Of a stretch of 64,000 nucleotides of DNA, positions 39,303-48,874 are shown in pieces (position 1 is the first letter of the stretch; every line of letters starts with the position of its first letter). Location: the sequence record OP352608; one strand, written 5' to 3'. The notes beneath the pieces are model-generated. The model saw nothing but the letters and a program-made list of their open reading frames with translations, was not told the DNA's origin and searched no databases. A program made the translations under genes and the position numbers. The stretch is from Escherichia phage vB_EcoM_SP13.

Positions 39303-39844
39303 TATTTACTCCAGATGTCATATACGCCAATTTGTTGGCAGACTTTGTGCAGTAATATTACGTCGTCTAATGCACGGTGCTTCTGTTCATATTTTCCGAA
39401 ATATAATTCATACAACTCTTGAAGCTTAACTCTTCGGCCAAAAATAGGCAAGGTTTGCTCAACTGTACATATGTTTATTTCTGGAAAATTAACATCATCA
39501 AGCGTAAGTCCTTCGCGCTGTAGTGCATAATCAAGAATGTTTTTATCGAACGCATGGTTGTGCGCGATAGTTGCATCAGTCTTCTTGAAGATTTCTTTTA
39601 GCTGCGGGACGAAATTGATGAACGGTGGATTGCACTCAAGGTCTTCATTTGTTAATCCGGTAATCTTTGTGATGATTTCTTCGATCACAATTTCAGGATT
39701 AATTATGAATTCAAAAGTTTCAAGAATCTCTTTGCCGTCTGTCAACAGACCTGCAAATTCAATAGGGCGCGGCTGCATCCCAAGCGGCGCTTTCGGGTGC
39801 ACTGTCAATCCGGTTGTTTCGAAGTCATAAGGGAGAAATAACAC
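39302..39844 (-). CDS. DnaQ-like 3'-5' exonuclease
   Basis: DEDDh motifs: DFETTG, HNHAFD, HRALDD. Confidence 0.7.
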   Translation of the reverse strand: MLFLPYDFETTGLTVHPKAPLGMQPRPIEFAGLLTDGKEILETFEFIINPEIVIEEIITKITGLTNEDLECNPPFINFVPQLKEIFKKTDATIAHNHAFDKNILDYALQREGLTLDDVNFPEINICTVEQTLPIFGRRVKLQELYELYFGKYEQKHRALDDVILLHKVCQQIGVYDIWSK

Positions 39845-39898
39845 ATTAGCCTCCTACAAAAAGGCCGCCCATTAGGACGGCCACAGATTCACGATTCG

Positions 39899-40450
39899 TT
39901 ATACAGTGTACGGAGTACCGTCTTGATTCAAGCGCACGATAAACTTCAAATCAACGCCGATGATTTCACGCGTATCAAAGATCACATAGTTGTAACGACG
40001 TTGACCAGCAATGTTCGGGTTGGTATGAGAGTCAGTTACAACTTCCTGTGCAACCTGAATACCTTCTTCTTTAAAGAACTTACGCCATTCAGCAAGTTCA
40101 GCGGCAGTCACGTGCATGCCAAGGTGGCTGACCTGATTGTCATGCGCATCGATATATTCGATGTTTTCGTTAATCCAGTTGCAGCCCATTGTGTAGTCAA
40201 GGATTTCAAGCTCAAGAGGCTTACCAGCGCCGCCATCAGTACCGTTGCCAGCCTGATAGTTGAAGCGCAAGTCAGCTTCATTGGTGCAATCGTCGCGACG
40301 ACCTTTAAAGTCATCAGCTTCAAATACGCGACCAGTAGCAACAACATGATCATGGAACCATTCTGTCAGGCCGATTTTAGCCAAGAAATCCTGTGCGCGC
40401 TGAGCATCTGGAATTGACAGGGCGATTTGTTCAATTTTAAAATGTGGCAT
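39899..40450 (-). CDS. VOC (glyoxalase/bleomycin-resistance-like) family protein
   Basis: Two beta-alpha-beta-like modules (KIEQIALSIPDAQRAQDFL; HLGMHVTAAELAEWRKFF) reminiscent of VOC fold; motif-level only. Confidence 0.35.
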   Translation of the reverse strand: MPHFKIEQIALSIPDAQRAQDFLAKIGLTEWFHDHVVATGRVFEADDFKGRRDDCTNEADLRFNYQAGNGTDGGAGKPLELEILDYTMGCNWINENIEYIDAHDNQVSHLGMHVTAAELAEWRKFFKEEGIQVAQEVVTDSHTNPNIAGQRRYNYVIFDTREIIGVDLKFIVRLNQDGTPYTV

Positions 40451-40546
40451 TTTGTTTCCTTAATTAAATATTATTGATTAATTACTGCGTTGTCTTCGTC
40501 CTGTTTCTTTTCAGGAGCGGGTGTGACAACTTCAAGTGTTCGTGAT

Positions 40547-41230
40547 TTATTTACCAAATGGAATATCAGTGCCAGACATAAAGCGCCATGCGCCCGTAAT
40601 TAAGATATGGCGAATGAAGTCAGCAATTACTTGCGGCTCAGTCTCCAATCCATTCATCAGTGCCTTTTTCTGGTATTCAGCGGCGTATTCAGGAGTCCAG
40701 CCGCGAGTCGCGCAAACGGCATCTTCAATCTGTTTAGACATGCCAGTGCCGCGCAACTTGTTAGGACTAATAGAGAATACCGTGATGCCGTACTTAGGCG
40801 TAAGTTCGTGAGCCATCTGCTTGCTGATCATAAGCGCAGCGGCCTTGGATGCATTATAACACAAGCTGGACGTCATAGGAATATGCGCAGCATTTGAAAC
40901 GATGTTGATCACAAAACCTTTGTTTTCGATAAGACCTTTCAGCGCGGCCTGAGTCGTGTTAACGAAAGAGAATGCATTGGTGTGCATAACGCGGTTAAAC
41001 TCTTCATAGTTTACATCTTCAAACCAATTGTTAGAGTTGACACCAGCACAGTTGATCAAGCCTTCAACATCATATGGGCTTAAAATTTCTTTCATCTGTT
41101 TAGCATCGCGGACGTCATATCCGTATGCTGAATCGATGCCAAGCACGTTATGACCGTAAGCGCCAAGGGTGTCAAAAATAGATTTACCAAGACCGGAATT
41201 GGAACCTGTTACAACAATTACTTTTTTCAT
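40547..41230 (-). CDS. short-chain dehydrogenase/reductase (SDR)
   Basis: Cofactor motif VTGSNSGLGK, NCAG, catalytic YNASK. Confidence 0.65.
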   Translation of the reverse strand: MKKVIVVTGSNSGLGKSIFDTLGAYGHNVLGIDSAYGYDVRDAKQMKEILSPYDVEGLINCAGVNSNNWFEDVNYEEFNRVMHTNAFSFVNTTQAALKGLIENKGFVINIVSNAAHIPMTSSLCYNASKAAALMISKQMAHELTPKYGITVFSISPNKLRGTGMSKQIEDAVCATRGWTPEYAAEYQKKALMNGLETEPQVIADFIRHILITGAWRFMSGTDIPFGK

Positions 41231-41295
41231 TTATTTATCCTTTTTGGACTTCGTTTCGATGAGGTAAATATAACTCATCGAAACGAACAAGTAAA

Positions 41296-42168
41296 CTATT
41301 TATTGAAATTAATATTATGGGTGTTTACAAGACGTTCACACATGGCGCTATAAACACCATCGTCGTGTATTGAGTCTTCGTGCTTCAGGCCGCTGATTGC
41401 GAAGCGTGTAAGCTTGACAATCTTAAGCTCGAACAGATGCCACATGTGGTAGTCTTCCGGCGTTTTCAACGTTACGCCATTAGGGAAAAGCACCTGCATA
41501 ACCTGACCTACCATCACAGCGTTATCGCCATAGACAGCGTTGCGCTCACGGAAGGTCGCTGCCATTGCATCAAGAATATCGGCGGCAGTTGCCGGAGATT
41601 GTTCAACTTCCACAGCCTTAGTCTCTTCTTGCCCTGTTGCGCTTGGATCAATTGCTAATTGTTGCACCACTTCACCTGCTTTGCAAAGATTAAATGTAAA
41701 AGCGATTTTATTTTGAGCAACGGAGTTATAATACAATGCTTCATCTTGCATCCGCGCGAGTACGTCTTGTCGGTCGTCGAATACATTGATGATTCGATAA
41801 TCGCCGTGCCGCAAAGCGTGCGATAGCCATGCAGATTTCATAATAGTTGATGGACGTTTGTCGCCATAGTCTCTCATCTTGATTGTAAATTCATCAAAAG
41901 GGAAAACATTGTCCAGACGTTCAAAAGTCACTTGTCTGTATTTTTCTGGCCTTGCAGTCCAATATTCAACCGCCTCACCGCGAAGAGATGCCGACTCTAC
42001 TGCTGATGCAATGTGAGGATAGAACTGATCATAACCAATACCGCTGTGATAGTCATCATAGTCTGACAACGGACCTGCCACCTTGATGCGGTCTAAGCGC
42101 CAACGGTCATCAAACAGAGTTCCGTCAAGGTCGAATACGTTTAAGATTTGGTTATTTTTGATACTCAT
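41296..42168 (-). CDS. HAD-superfamily phosphatase with C-terminal domain of unknown function
   Basis: N-terminal HAD motif I FDLDGTLFDD; about 120-aa C-terminal extension not recognised. Confidence 0.5.
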   Translation of the reverse strand: MSIKNNQILNVFDLDGTLFDDRWRLDRIKVAGPLSDYDDYHSGIGYDQFYPHIASAVESASLRGEAVEYWTARPEKYRQVTFERLDNVFPFDEFTIKMRDYGDKRPSTIMKSAWLSHALRHGDYRIINVFDDRQDVLARMQDEALYYNSVAQNKIAFTFNLCKAGEVVQQLAIDPSATGQEETKAVEVEQSPATAADILDAMAATFRERNAVYGDNAVMVGQVMQVLFPNGVTLKTPEDYHMWHLFELKIVKLTRFAISGLKHEDSIHDDGVYSAMCERLVNTHNINFNK

Positions 42169-42968
42169 CCTTTTGATACTCCATCTTTGGCAACCGGATT
42201 ATTGGTGATTGGCATCGCATCCCAAAACTGGATGCGCAACTCTTCTTGCTGTGCAGTGGTATCCATCCAATCACGATACCAAGGGCAATGGGCCTTGCCA
42301 TGGCGAGGGAATGCGCACTTGCCCATACCGATGCATTGCGGCTGTAGTAAAGGATTAGCCCACGGGTGCACCTTGAGGACTTCCGCTACCATCGCACGGA
42401 AAACTTCCTGATACTCGCCTTGAGTACGCGTGCACAAGCGGTTAGAGGCCATTTGTTGTAGAGTGCGCAAGTTGAACTTTGCCATGATATGCGTTTGCAT
42501 ATTAGAAGGCAACACGGCACGTGCATCTTGAATCTCTGCGCCAGCCGCGCGAAGTTCTTGGTATAGGGCGTCAATGGTTGCCATTGCATCATCCCATTTC
42601 TCTGCCAGTTCAGCAGCCTTCTCGTCATGACGAGTCCATCCCTTTGGATCATCCTCTGGGTAAGTGAATTTGGCAGGACGAATCGCATCAAACGCTGACG
42701 ACTCCTGAGCGCGGCTTGTTCGTTCTTGATATGCACCTGTTCGTGTGCGCACCATCTGATGAGTCATATTCTTTGATACATCAGTGATGTCAAAGATATA
42801 GTCAACAAAGTCGAAAGGTGACTTTATGGTGTCAAGCATGTAGCGCCAGTGCTCTTGCTTCTCTGATTCTGTCATCTCAGAGACTGGCTTACCAGCCATG
42901 CGCGTATTCTTTGTTTCCAGCAGAAGGTCAAGTGCATCTTGGGTGTATCGAATTAATTCAACTTTCAT
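42165..42968 (-). CDS. thyX: flavin-dependent thymidylate synthase ThyX-like
   Basis: ThyX-like blocks: VRTRTGAYQERTSR (RHR-x8-S motif with His replaced by Thr), ARAVLPSNMQTHIMAKFNLRTL; extra Cys/His-rich C-terminal 50 aa. Confidence 0.6.
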   Translation of the reverse strand: MKVELIRYTQDALDLLLETKNTRMAGKPVSEMTESEKQEHWRYMLDTIKSPFDFVDYIFDITDVSKNMTHQMVRTRTGAYQERTSRAQESSAFDAIRPAKFTYPEDDPKGWTRHDEKAAELAEKWDDAMATIDALYQELRAAGAEIQDARAVLPSNMQTHIMAKFNLRTLQQMASNRLCTRTQGEYQEVFRAMVAEVLKVHPWANPLLQPQCIGMGKCAFPRHGKAHCPWYRDWMDTTAQQEELRIQFWDAMPITNNPVAKDGVSKG

Positions 42969-42981
42969 TTTAATTATCCTA

Positions 42982-43428
42982 TTAACGGTAGTTAACTAGT
43001 TGCTGATCACCAGAGAAGGTGCAATGATAAACGAATTGTGCGTTATAAAGCAACTGAAAACTTTTCTTTGGTTCATTATTAGAACTCATTGATGTAAAGA
43101 TTTCTGCACCAGAACGGTTTTCACCAATCAGGTTGATAAAGCCGCCAGTTGAACGAGGCTGAACGAAAGTGAAACGTTGCATCCACGGAGTGCGGTTGGC
43201 ACCTTTCCCTGTGAATCCTTGAATCTGAATATTCAGGCCTTCTTGCTCGTTCACACCGATGTAAGTGGTAATTGTTGCGCCAGTCGTTGCTGCAGTCTTG
43301 CCGTCCATCGCTTCGCAATCGTAAACAGCGATTGAATCGGAAGTACGGACAGCGGCTTCAGTCGCTTCCATATACATGGTTCCGAGAATAGCAGTTGCGG
43401 CAAGCGCGATTCCAGTGATTCGTTTCAT
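42982..43428 (-). CDS. secreted protein of unknown function
   Basis: Signal-peptide-like N-terminus MKRITGIALAATAILGTMYMEATEA. Confidence 0.45.
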   Translation of the reverse strand: MKRITGIALAATAILGTMYMEATEAAVRTSDSIAVYDCEAMDGKTAATTGATITTYIGVNEQEGLNIQIQGFTGKGANRTPWMQRFTFVQPRSTGGFINLIGENRSGAEIFTSMSSNNEPKKSFQLLYNAQFVYHCTFSGDQQLVNYR

Positions 43429-43493
43429 TTTCGTTTCCTCTATGAGTTCTGCTTCAATGATTAAAGTATACGCCCATTGAAGCAGAAAGCAAA

Positions 43494-44489
43494 TTATTTA
43501 TTAGCAATATAAGCAAATTTTTGATAGTTATTTGCTTTGATGAGTTTTTCAACTTCAACAAGGTCATGAGCAACGTCATCAAGCAAAATGTTTCGCCAAG
43601 TAGCAAAGCGACCGACACTAAATACGTTCAAATCCATGGTCAGCTGTAGGAGTAGAGCGTGTCGCAAGTCTTTCGGAATGTCGACAATCTTGCCATACTT
43701 CTGGTCGACCTTTTCAACTTCTTCGAGATCGATGTCACTCCATGATAGGCCAAAGGCTGTCAATACTTCGTCAACTTCTGCACGCAACTTAATGTCACGG
43801 TAACGAGTAATGCCGCCAGCGGCTTCAACTGCGGCTTCACTTACGCTAACCAAAGGAATTGTTTCAATGATCAGTGTGTCACCAGTGATTGATGCGCGGT
43901 AAGTTCTGACGGAGTAGTCAGGAAAGTAAATGGTTTGATACAGTGCACACTTGCGCTTAATCTTAAAGCGGTAAACACGAATGTTTGCCTTATCGAATGA
44001 GAAATCAATCTTTTGATCAATCCCAGCAAGCTTCATCATGACTGGCAGCGGCGACGTGTTGATGATTGGCGTCTCGCTATAGCCGCAAAGAGTATCAACA
44101 GGAGTATTAAAGAATATGCGGTCACCCAGTTTGTCGACAAGCTGATCATAAAAGTCATCAGGCGCAATATAACGCGTTGCAGTTTTAAGCTTCATGATTG
44201 AGCGGCTACCGAATTGATTAGTGACCTTCATGGAATACATATTGGCAAGGTTGATTGGGCAATGGTCGTGGTAGTAGTTGCCGCGAAAATACACAGCCTT
44301 GTCAACTGTCACGGCCTTAAAAGGGATTCCGGTAATACGGCTTACTTCTTCGCCGCGAAATCGTAGCAAAGCCTTGTGCTGTGGCGCTCGTTCCCCTGCT
44401 TCGTACACAATGGAGTTCGGGAAGTGACACGCGGTAATAAGTCCTGCCAAACCGCCGCCGATAATCATTACAGGTTGTTTCATGTTCAT
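43494..44489 (-). CDS. FAD/NAD(P)-binding oxidoreductase
   Basis: N-terminal Rossmann dinucleotide-binding motif VMIIGGGLAGL; 331 aa; function unknown. Confidence 0.5.
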   Translation of the reverse strand: MNMKQPVMIIGGGLAGLITACHFPNSIVYEAGERAPQHKALLRFRGEEVSRITGIPFKAVTVDKAVYFRGNYYHDHCPINLANMYSMKVTNQFGSRSIMKLKTATRYIAPDDFYDQLVDKLGDRIFFNTPVDTLCGYSETPIINTSPLPVMMKLAGIDQKIDFSFDKANIRVYRFKIKRKCALYQTIYFPDYSVRTYRASITGDTLIIETIPLVSVSEAAVEAAGGITRYRDIKLRAEVDEVLTAFGLSWSDIDLEEVEKVDQKYGKIVDIPKDLRHALLLQLTMDLNVFSVGRFATWRNILLDDVAHDLVEVEKLIKANNYQKFAYIANK

Positions 44490-44622
44490 TTGTCCTTTGT
44501 GGGTGATATGAGAAGTATAATAGCTAAATTATTTTACAGCAACAAGTCATTTCTATTTAGTACAGACGAAAAAGACCCACAACAAGTGTGGGTCAATTAC
44601 CGCTATATAACCGTCCTACAGG

Positions 44623-45462
44623 TTATTCCGCTTGATCACCGTCTTCGGCATTGTCGTTGGATTCAACATCGACAAACTCGATGTGGCCCATCTCTTCCAG
44701 CTTGCTCAGGTAGGAGCGAACGGAAGCGCCAAACAGTTGATCTTTAACTTTTTCGCCCAGCTCATCGATAGACTGCGCCACGCCAACTTCGCCTTCTTTG
44801 ATCGCCGCCAGAACGCGTCCACGGGTGGAATGCTCTTGCGGCTGGCTCAGGCCATTGCCGGTGTAGATGAAGTGAGTGGCTTTTGCACGACGCTGACCGT
44901 TTGCCTTTTTAGCAGCCTTGCGCTCTGCGATGGCTTTGCGACGTTCTTCAGCTTCTTTCTTACGCTGTTCTTTCTGCTGTTCTGCAGCTTCTTTAGCCGC
45001 AATCTTAGCAGCTTCACGCTCTGCCTTGCGTTTCGCTTTAGCTTCTTCTTTGGCCTTCTCTTTTTCGGCCTTCGCTGCAGCACGGGCTTGATCACGCTCT
45101 GCTTTCTTGGCCGCAGCCTGCTCAGCTTTCAGGCGCTTGGCTTCTTCTTTAGCCTTTGCCTTTTCGATTTCTTTTGCTGCTTTAGCGGCTTCACGCTCTG
45201 CTTTCTTAGCAGCAGCCTTTTCTGCACGCTCTTTAGCTTTCTTAGCTGCTTCTTCAGCACGCTTCTGCGCCTTCTCATCAGCAGCCTGCTTGCGTTTCAG
45301 CGCAGCTTCTTCACGCTTGGCTTGTTTTTCCTGCTCACGCTTCTGGCGCTTCTCTTCGGCTTCTTTCTTTTTAGCCAGGCGTTTTTCTTCAGCCACGCGA
45401 CGACGTTCTGCTGCGGCTGCTTGTTTTTCTTCTTTAGATAATACTTTGATTGCTTCGGCCAT
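44623..45462 (-). CDS. highly charged K/A/E-rich protein with globular C-terminal domain
   Basis: About 190 aa of KAE-rich low-complexity repeats (AKKAKERAEKAAAKKAERE...) then a 70-aa non-repetitive C-terminus; AAGGA RBS before ATG 45462. Confidence 0.5.
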   Translation of the reverse strand: MAEAIKVLSKEEKQAAAAERRRVAEEKRLAKKKEAEEKRQKREQEKQAKREEAALKRKQAADEKAQKRAEEAAKKAKERAEKAAAKKAEREAAKAAKEIEKAKAKEEAKRLKAEQAAAKKAERDQARAAAKAEKEKAKEEAKAKRKAEREAAKIAAKEAAEQQKEQRKKEAEERRKAIAERKAAKKANGQRRAKATHFIYTGNGLSQPQEHSTRGRVLAAIKEGEVGVAQSIDELGEKVKDQLFGASVRSYLSKLEEMGHIEFVDVESNDNAEDGDQAE

Positions 45463-45621
45463 ATTCACAGTCCTTAAATAAATTAGTTTATTTTATATTC
45501 CCCGTTTGGGATAACTTAATTATGCCTTCAGTTGCCGCCAGTAGCAACTAAAAACTATGGCGGCAATGCCACTTTAATTAAACTGATTTTCAGTTTTATT
45601 TTTCGTAAATTTACGTCAACA

Positions 45622-46806
45622 TTAACGCGCTTTCAAATCACGGTACACGGTCAGATTCTTCTTAGCACGGGTGATAGCGGTGTACATCATCTTGGAGTAC
45701 GGAACGCCGCGCAAGATTTCTTCCAGCACGCACACATTATCCCACTCGCTGCCTTGCGATTTGTGCACCGTGATGACATAGCCATAGTCCATCCCGCCAA
45801 CAGCGCGTTGCGCTTCTTTGCGCACTTCCTGATCAGTAGAGAAGGAAAGAGGATTGATCTTCACCTTTATATCTTTACCATCAGTTAATGAACGCAAGTT
45901 GACATACATTATTTCATTCGACTCATCTTCATCCCTTTCAAAGTCCGGCACTGGCTCATAGCTAATAACAATCCCTTGCTCGCCATTACAGAATCCTGGA
46001 CCGTGTTGGTTGAATGTGCAAATAACCTTCTCGCCGATTCCTGGCATTGGCGTTATACGTCCGCTCACTTGCCGTAATAATGAATTCCATTTATCTTTGG
46101 TGCTATTATAGGAGCAAATAATTTGATCATCTTCGCCCATGAATTTCTTCAATGCAGTAACGCGCGGCGATTCTGCCAATACTTTGACGTCATCGTATTC
46201 ACGCGGGGGAAGGCGGTTGCCTTGGCGCACGAAGAAGGAGGCGCGGATTATATTGGACTCTTTCCCTTGCCGCATGATTTCGGTTAACAGCACGTCAACG
46301 GCATCTTCAGTAAAGTAGGCGGCGGCTTTTACCGGAGGGACTTGTCCAATGTCGCCTAATGCCAGGACAGGGATGCGGTGATCAAGAAGGCGCTCTGTGT
46401 CCCACTCGCCAACCATCGACGCTTCATCGAGTACAACAAGGTGCGGCCTTTCATCCAGCTTTGACTTTCTCGAAAAGATTGGCTCATTGTCGTCATTTAC
46501 GCCGCGCACGTTATAGATGAACTGGTGAAGGGTCTTAGCGCCACGACAGCCTTTTTGCTTTAATCGGCTTGCAGCCTTTCCGGTCGGCGCAATATAGATA
46601 GCTCCATACTCACCGACACAACGGCGCACAATCTCGCGAGCAATAGAGGTTTTACCAGTCCCTGCATAGCCAGCGATGAAAAACACGCGCTTCGTCGTTT
46701 TACCGTCCTGCAATCGCTTGTACCATGCAACGGCTTTCTCGATGGCGTCGATTTGTTGCGCGTTAAACTGAATCACTGGCTCATCATTAAATTCTGGAAT
46801 GTTCAT
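45622..46806 (-). CDS. Dda/RecD-like SF1 DNA helicase
   Basis: Walker A AGYAGTGKT, Walker B VVLDEASMV, C-terminal VITVHKSQGSEWDNV and TAITRAK motifs. Confidence 0.7.
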   Translation of the reverse strand: MNIPEFNDEPVIQFNAQQIDAIEKAVAWYKRLQDGKTTKRVFFIAGYAGTGKTSIAREIVRRCVGEYGAIYIAPTGKAASRLKQKGCRGAKTLHQFIYNVRGVNDDNEPIFSRKSKLDERPHLVVLDEASMVGEWDTERLLDHRIPVLALGDIGQVPPVKAAAYFTEDAVDVLLTEIMRQGKESNIIRASFFVRQGNRLPPREYDDVKVLAESPRVTALKKFMGEDDQIICSYNSTKDKWNSLLRQVSGRITPMPGIGEKVICTFNQHGPGFCNGEQGIVISYEPVPDFERDEDESNEIMYVNLRSLTDGKDIKVKINPLSFSTDQEVRKEAQRAVGGMDYGYVITVHKSQGSEWDNVCVLEEILRGVPYSKMMYTAITRAKKNLTVYRDLKAR

Positions 46807-47132
46807 TATAACTCCACTACGCTTTCAAGGTCCAGATATACTGGAATAAAATGGCAATCTTCTTTTCGTTCAAACATCTCACCATCAACATGGCTGAAGA
46901 AAACAGTTGTGTTTGGTATCTTCCATCCTTTCTCGTCGCGCACTAAGTACGCCATGGATTCAACAGGGATGTACAGCGATACCGGATTTGCGGCAAAAAT
47001 AAATTTGATTCTGTCTGGTTGGCCCAGAAATCGCATGATTGTTAGGCTTGAATTCAATCTTGTATTAAGGAAGGACTCAACGATTCCGACGTGTGTTGCA
47101 CGTTCGCGTTGCTTCGTCTCTTTTTCGTTCAT
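46806..47132 (-). CDS. hypothetical protein
   Basis: 108-aa ORF, first gene of leftward module. Confidence 0.4.
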   Translation of the reverse strand: MNEKETKQRERATHVGIVESFLNTRLNSSLTIMRFLGQPDRIKFIFAANPVSLYIPVESMAYLVRDEKGWKIPNTTVFFSHVDGEMFERKEDCHFIPVYLDLESVVEL

Positions 47133-47235
47133 TTCAGGCGACCTTTGTTAGTGCGGAAATATTTTCTGATAGTATAATTGCAGATATAGTATAAAGCAAA
47201 GTAAATCGAAATTGTGAACTAAATGGTAAATATTG

Positions 47236-47263
47236 TTGACTTTGTATCACTCAATATTATACT
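47236..47263 (+). promoter_or_regulatory. sigma70-like promoter TTGACT-N16-TATACT in divergent control region
   Basis: -35 at 47236-47241, -10 at 47258-47263; in 160-bp AT-rich gap between divergent modules. Confidence 0.5.
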
Positions 47264-47292
47264 GCAGGTATTGATCACCAAAGGAAAGAAAG

Positions 47293-48375
47293 ATGGCTAG
47301 TTTAAGAGAAGAAGCAAAAATAATTGAAGAGTTTTTAACAGAACTCCAGAGAGGCATCCCAGAAGATGAGCGCGTCATGACGGTGTTTGCTCCTGAAGCA
47401 ACGGTGCAGACTGACGAGCGCGGAAAGAAGATTAACAGCAGCTTCTGGCCTAAGCCTTGGAAGTTGGGCAAGCCGCTCATGCAGCACCAAAACGGCTATG
47501 CTTGCATCAGTTCAATGCGTAAGTCTCCCAACCCAAAGACGGGTGAGATGCGATACTGGCGTACAGAGTCGGCCTTTGGTCACGGTATGGCGATGATGGT
47601 CGACGACATCGGTCACGGTAAAGGGTCCAAAGGCGATTTAGATTTGGAATTCTTTTTTGAGCGACTGAAGCCGACTGTCATCGTCGAGACTTCACCGAAC
47701 AACCACCAGCTTTGGTACTTCTTTAAAGAACCGATTGACCATCTTATTCAGTTCAAAGCGTTCCTTGGGTCTTTCGTTAACATGGTACTCAAGAAGGGCG
47801 GCGACAACACGATTAAAGACGTAACGCGCGTGGGCCGTGTTCCTGGGTGCATCAATAACAAGCGTGTGACTCACGACGGCCCCTATAAATATGTCGATGA
47901 GAACGGCGACCCGTTCCGCTGCCGACTTGTCCATGCAGACTACTCCTTGCGCTACACCATCGAAGACATTTGTCACGCATTTGGCTTTCACGTCGTCATG
48001 CCGCAAAAGCGTGAGATTCAAATTGACGTCGATGAATACAAGTATGATGCCGTTTGGTATAAAATAGCCCAGCAGATTCTGGCGCGCAACAAGATGGGTG
48101 AAGGGTCTGATGGCGACGTCATCGAGAATATGTCAGGCAAGTGCCGCATAATCTGTCCTTGGGGTGAAGAGCACACCAACGGCGACCCGTATGGCGCGTA
48201 CTTTCGCGGCCCTATCCCTGGTGCAGAACATGAATTTGTGTTCGGTTGCGCCCACGACTGTCACCGGAAAGGGGAAGGCAAGAAAGGTTGGACTGCTTTT
48301 GTTGAAGCAATCGTCATGCCTTATATTGAGAATCAACTTGACATGATAAATCGTCGTGCAGGTGGCATAAAATAG
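47293..48375 (+). CDS. DNA primase (archaeo-eukaryotic primase / Prim-Pol-like) with zinc-binding C-terminus
   Basis: hhhDD motif MAMMVDDIGHG, His motif region, C-terminal CPWGEEH ... CAHDCH cysteine/histidine cluster. Confidence 0.5.
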   Translation: MASLREEAKIIEEFLTELQRGIPEDERVMTVFAPEATVQTDERGKKINSSFWPKPWKLGKPLMQHQNGYACISSMRKSPNPKTGEMRYWRTESAFGHGMAMMVDDIGHGKGSKGDLDLEFFFERLKPTVIVETSPNNHQLWYFFKEPIDHLIQFKAFLGSFVNMVLKKGGDNTIKDVTRVGRVPGCINNKRVTHDGPYKYVDENGDPFRCRLVHADYSLRYTIEDICHAFGFHVVMPQKREIQIDVDEYKYDAVWYKIAQQILARNKMGEGSDGDVIENMSGKCRIICPWGEEHTNGDPYGAYFRGPIPGAEHEFVFGCAHDCHRKGEGKKGWTAFVEAIVMPYIENQLDMINRRAGGIK

Positions 48376-48376
48376 T

Positions 48377-48404
48377 TTGCTTTTATTTTCATAGCAACTA
48401 TAAT
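48377..48404 (+). promoter_or_regulatory. sigma70-like promoter TTGCTT-N16-TATAAT
   Basis: -35 at 48377-48382, -10 at 48399-48404. Confidence 0.4.
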
Positions 48405-48433
48405 CATTTTATGAACTGAAGCAGAGGTGATTT

Positions 48434-48580
48434 ATGCAAAGCGAAGAATTGAACATCGAGGTTGAAGGACTGTTAAAGTCGTTAGAACCTAAACCAGTAG
48501 AGCTTCCGACCCTTCAAGGCGTCATGGCTCACCATCAATCGGCTGCGGCCCAACACTACTCTGAATTTGTTAAGGAATAA
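48434..48580 (+). CDS. small hypothetical protein (48 aa)
   Basis: GAGGTGA RBS before ATG; below track cutoff. Confidence 0.3.
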   Translation: MQSEELNIEVEGLLKSLEPKPVELPTLQGVMAHHQSAAAQHYSEFVKE

Positions 48581-48582
48581 AA

Positions 48583-48873
48583 ATGAACGAACCAAAAATG
48601 ATGACCGTTGAAGAAGCACAAAAGCTTCGTGTTGAAAACGAGCTTAAGCTTGTCAACCAGATTCTTCCTTTGTTTGCAGGCTACGCAGTGGAGGAAGTTG
48701 TTGGGGCAATCCTTAACGTATCCACGCATGTCGCTATGAATCTTCAGGCCGAGCGATTCAACACACTGCTGACTATTAAAGACCTTACCGTCAGCGCAAC
48801 GTTCACTGTTGAGCCAGTCAATTTTGACGAAGCTTCAGCCGCGATTCAACAGCAAAGAGATCAAGAGGTGTAG
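48583..48873 (+). CDS. hypothetical protein
   Basis: 96-aa ORF. Confidence 0.4.
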   Translation: MNEPKMMTVEEAQKLRVENELKLVNQILPLFAGYAVEEVVGAILNVSTHVAMNLQAERFNTLLTIKDLTVSATFTVEPVNFDEASAAIQQQRDQEV

Positions 48874-48874
48874 C

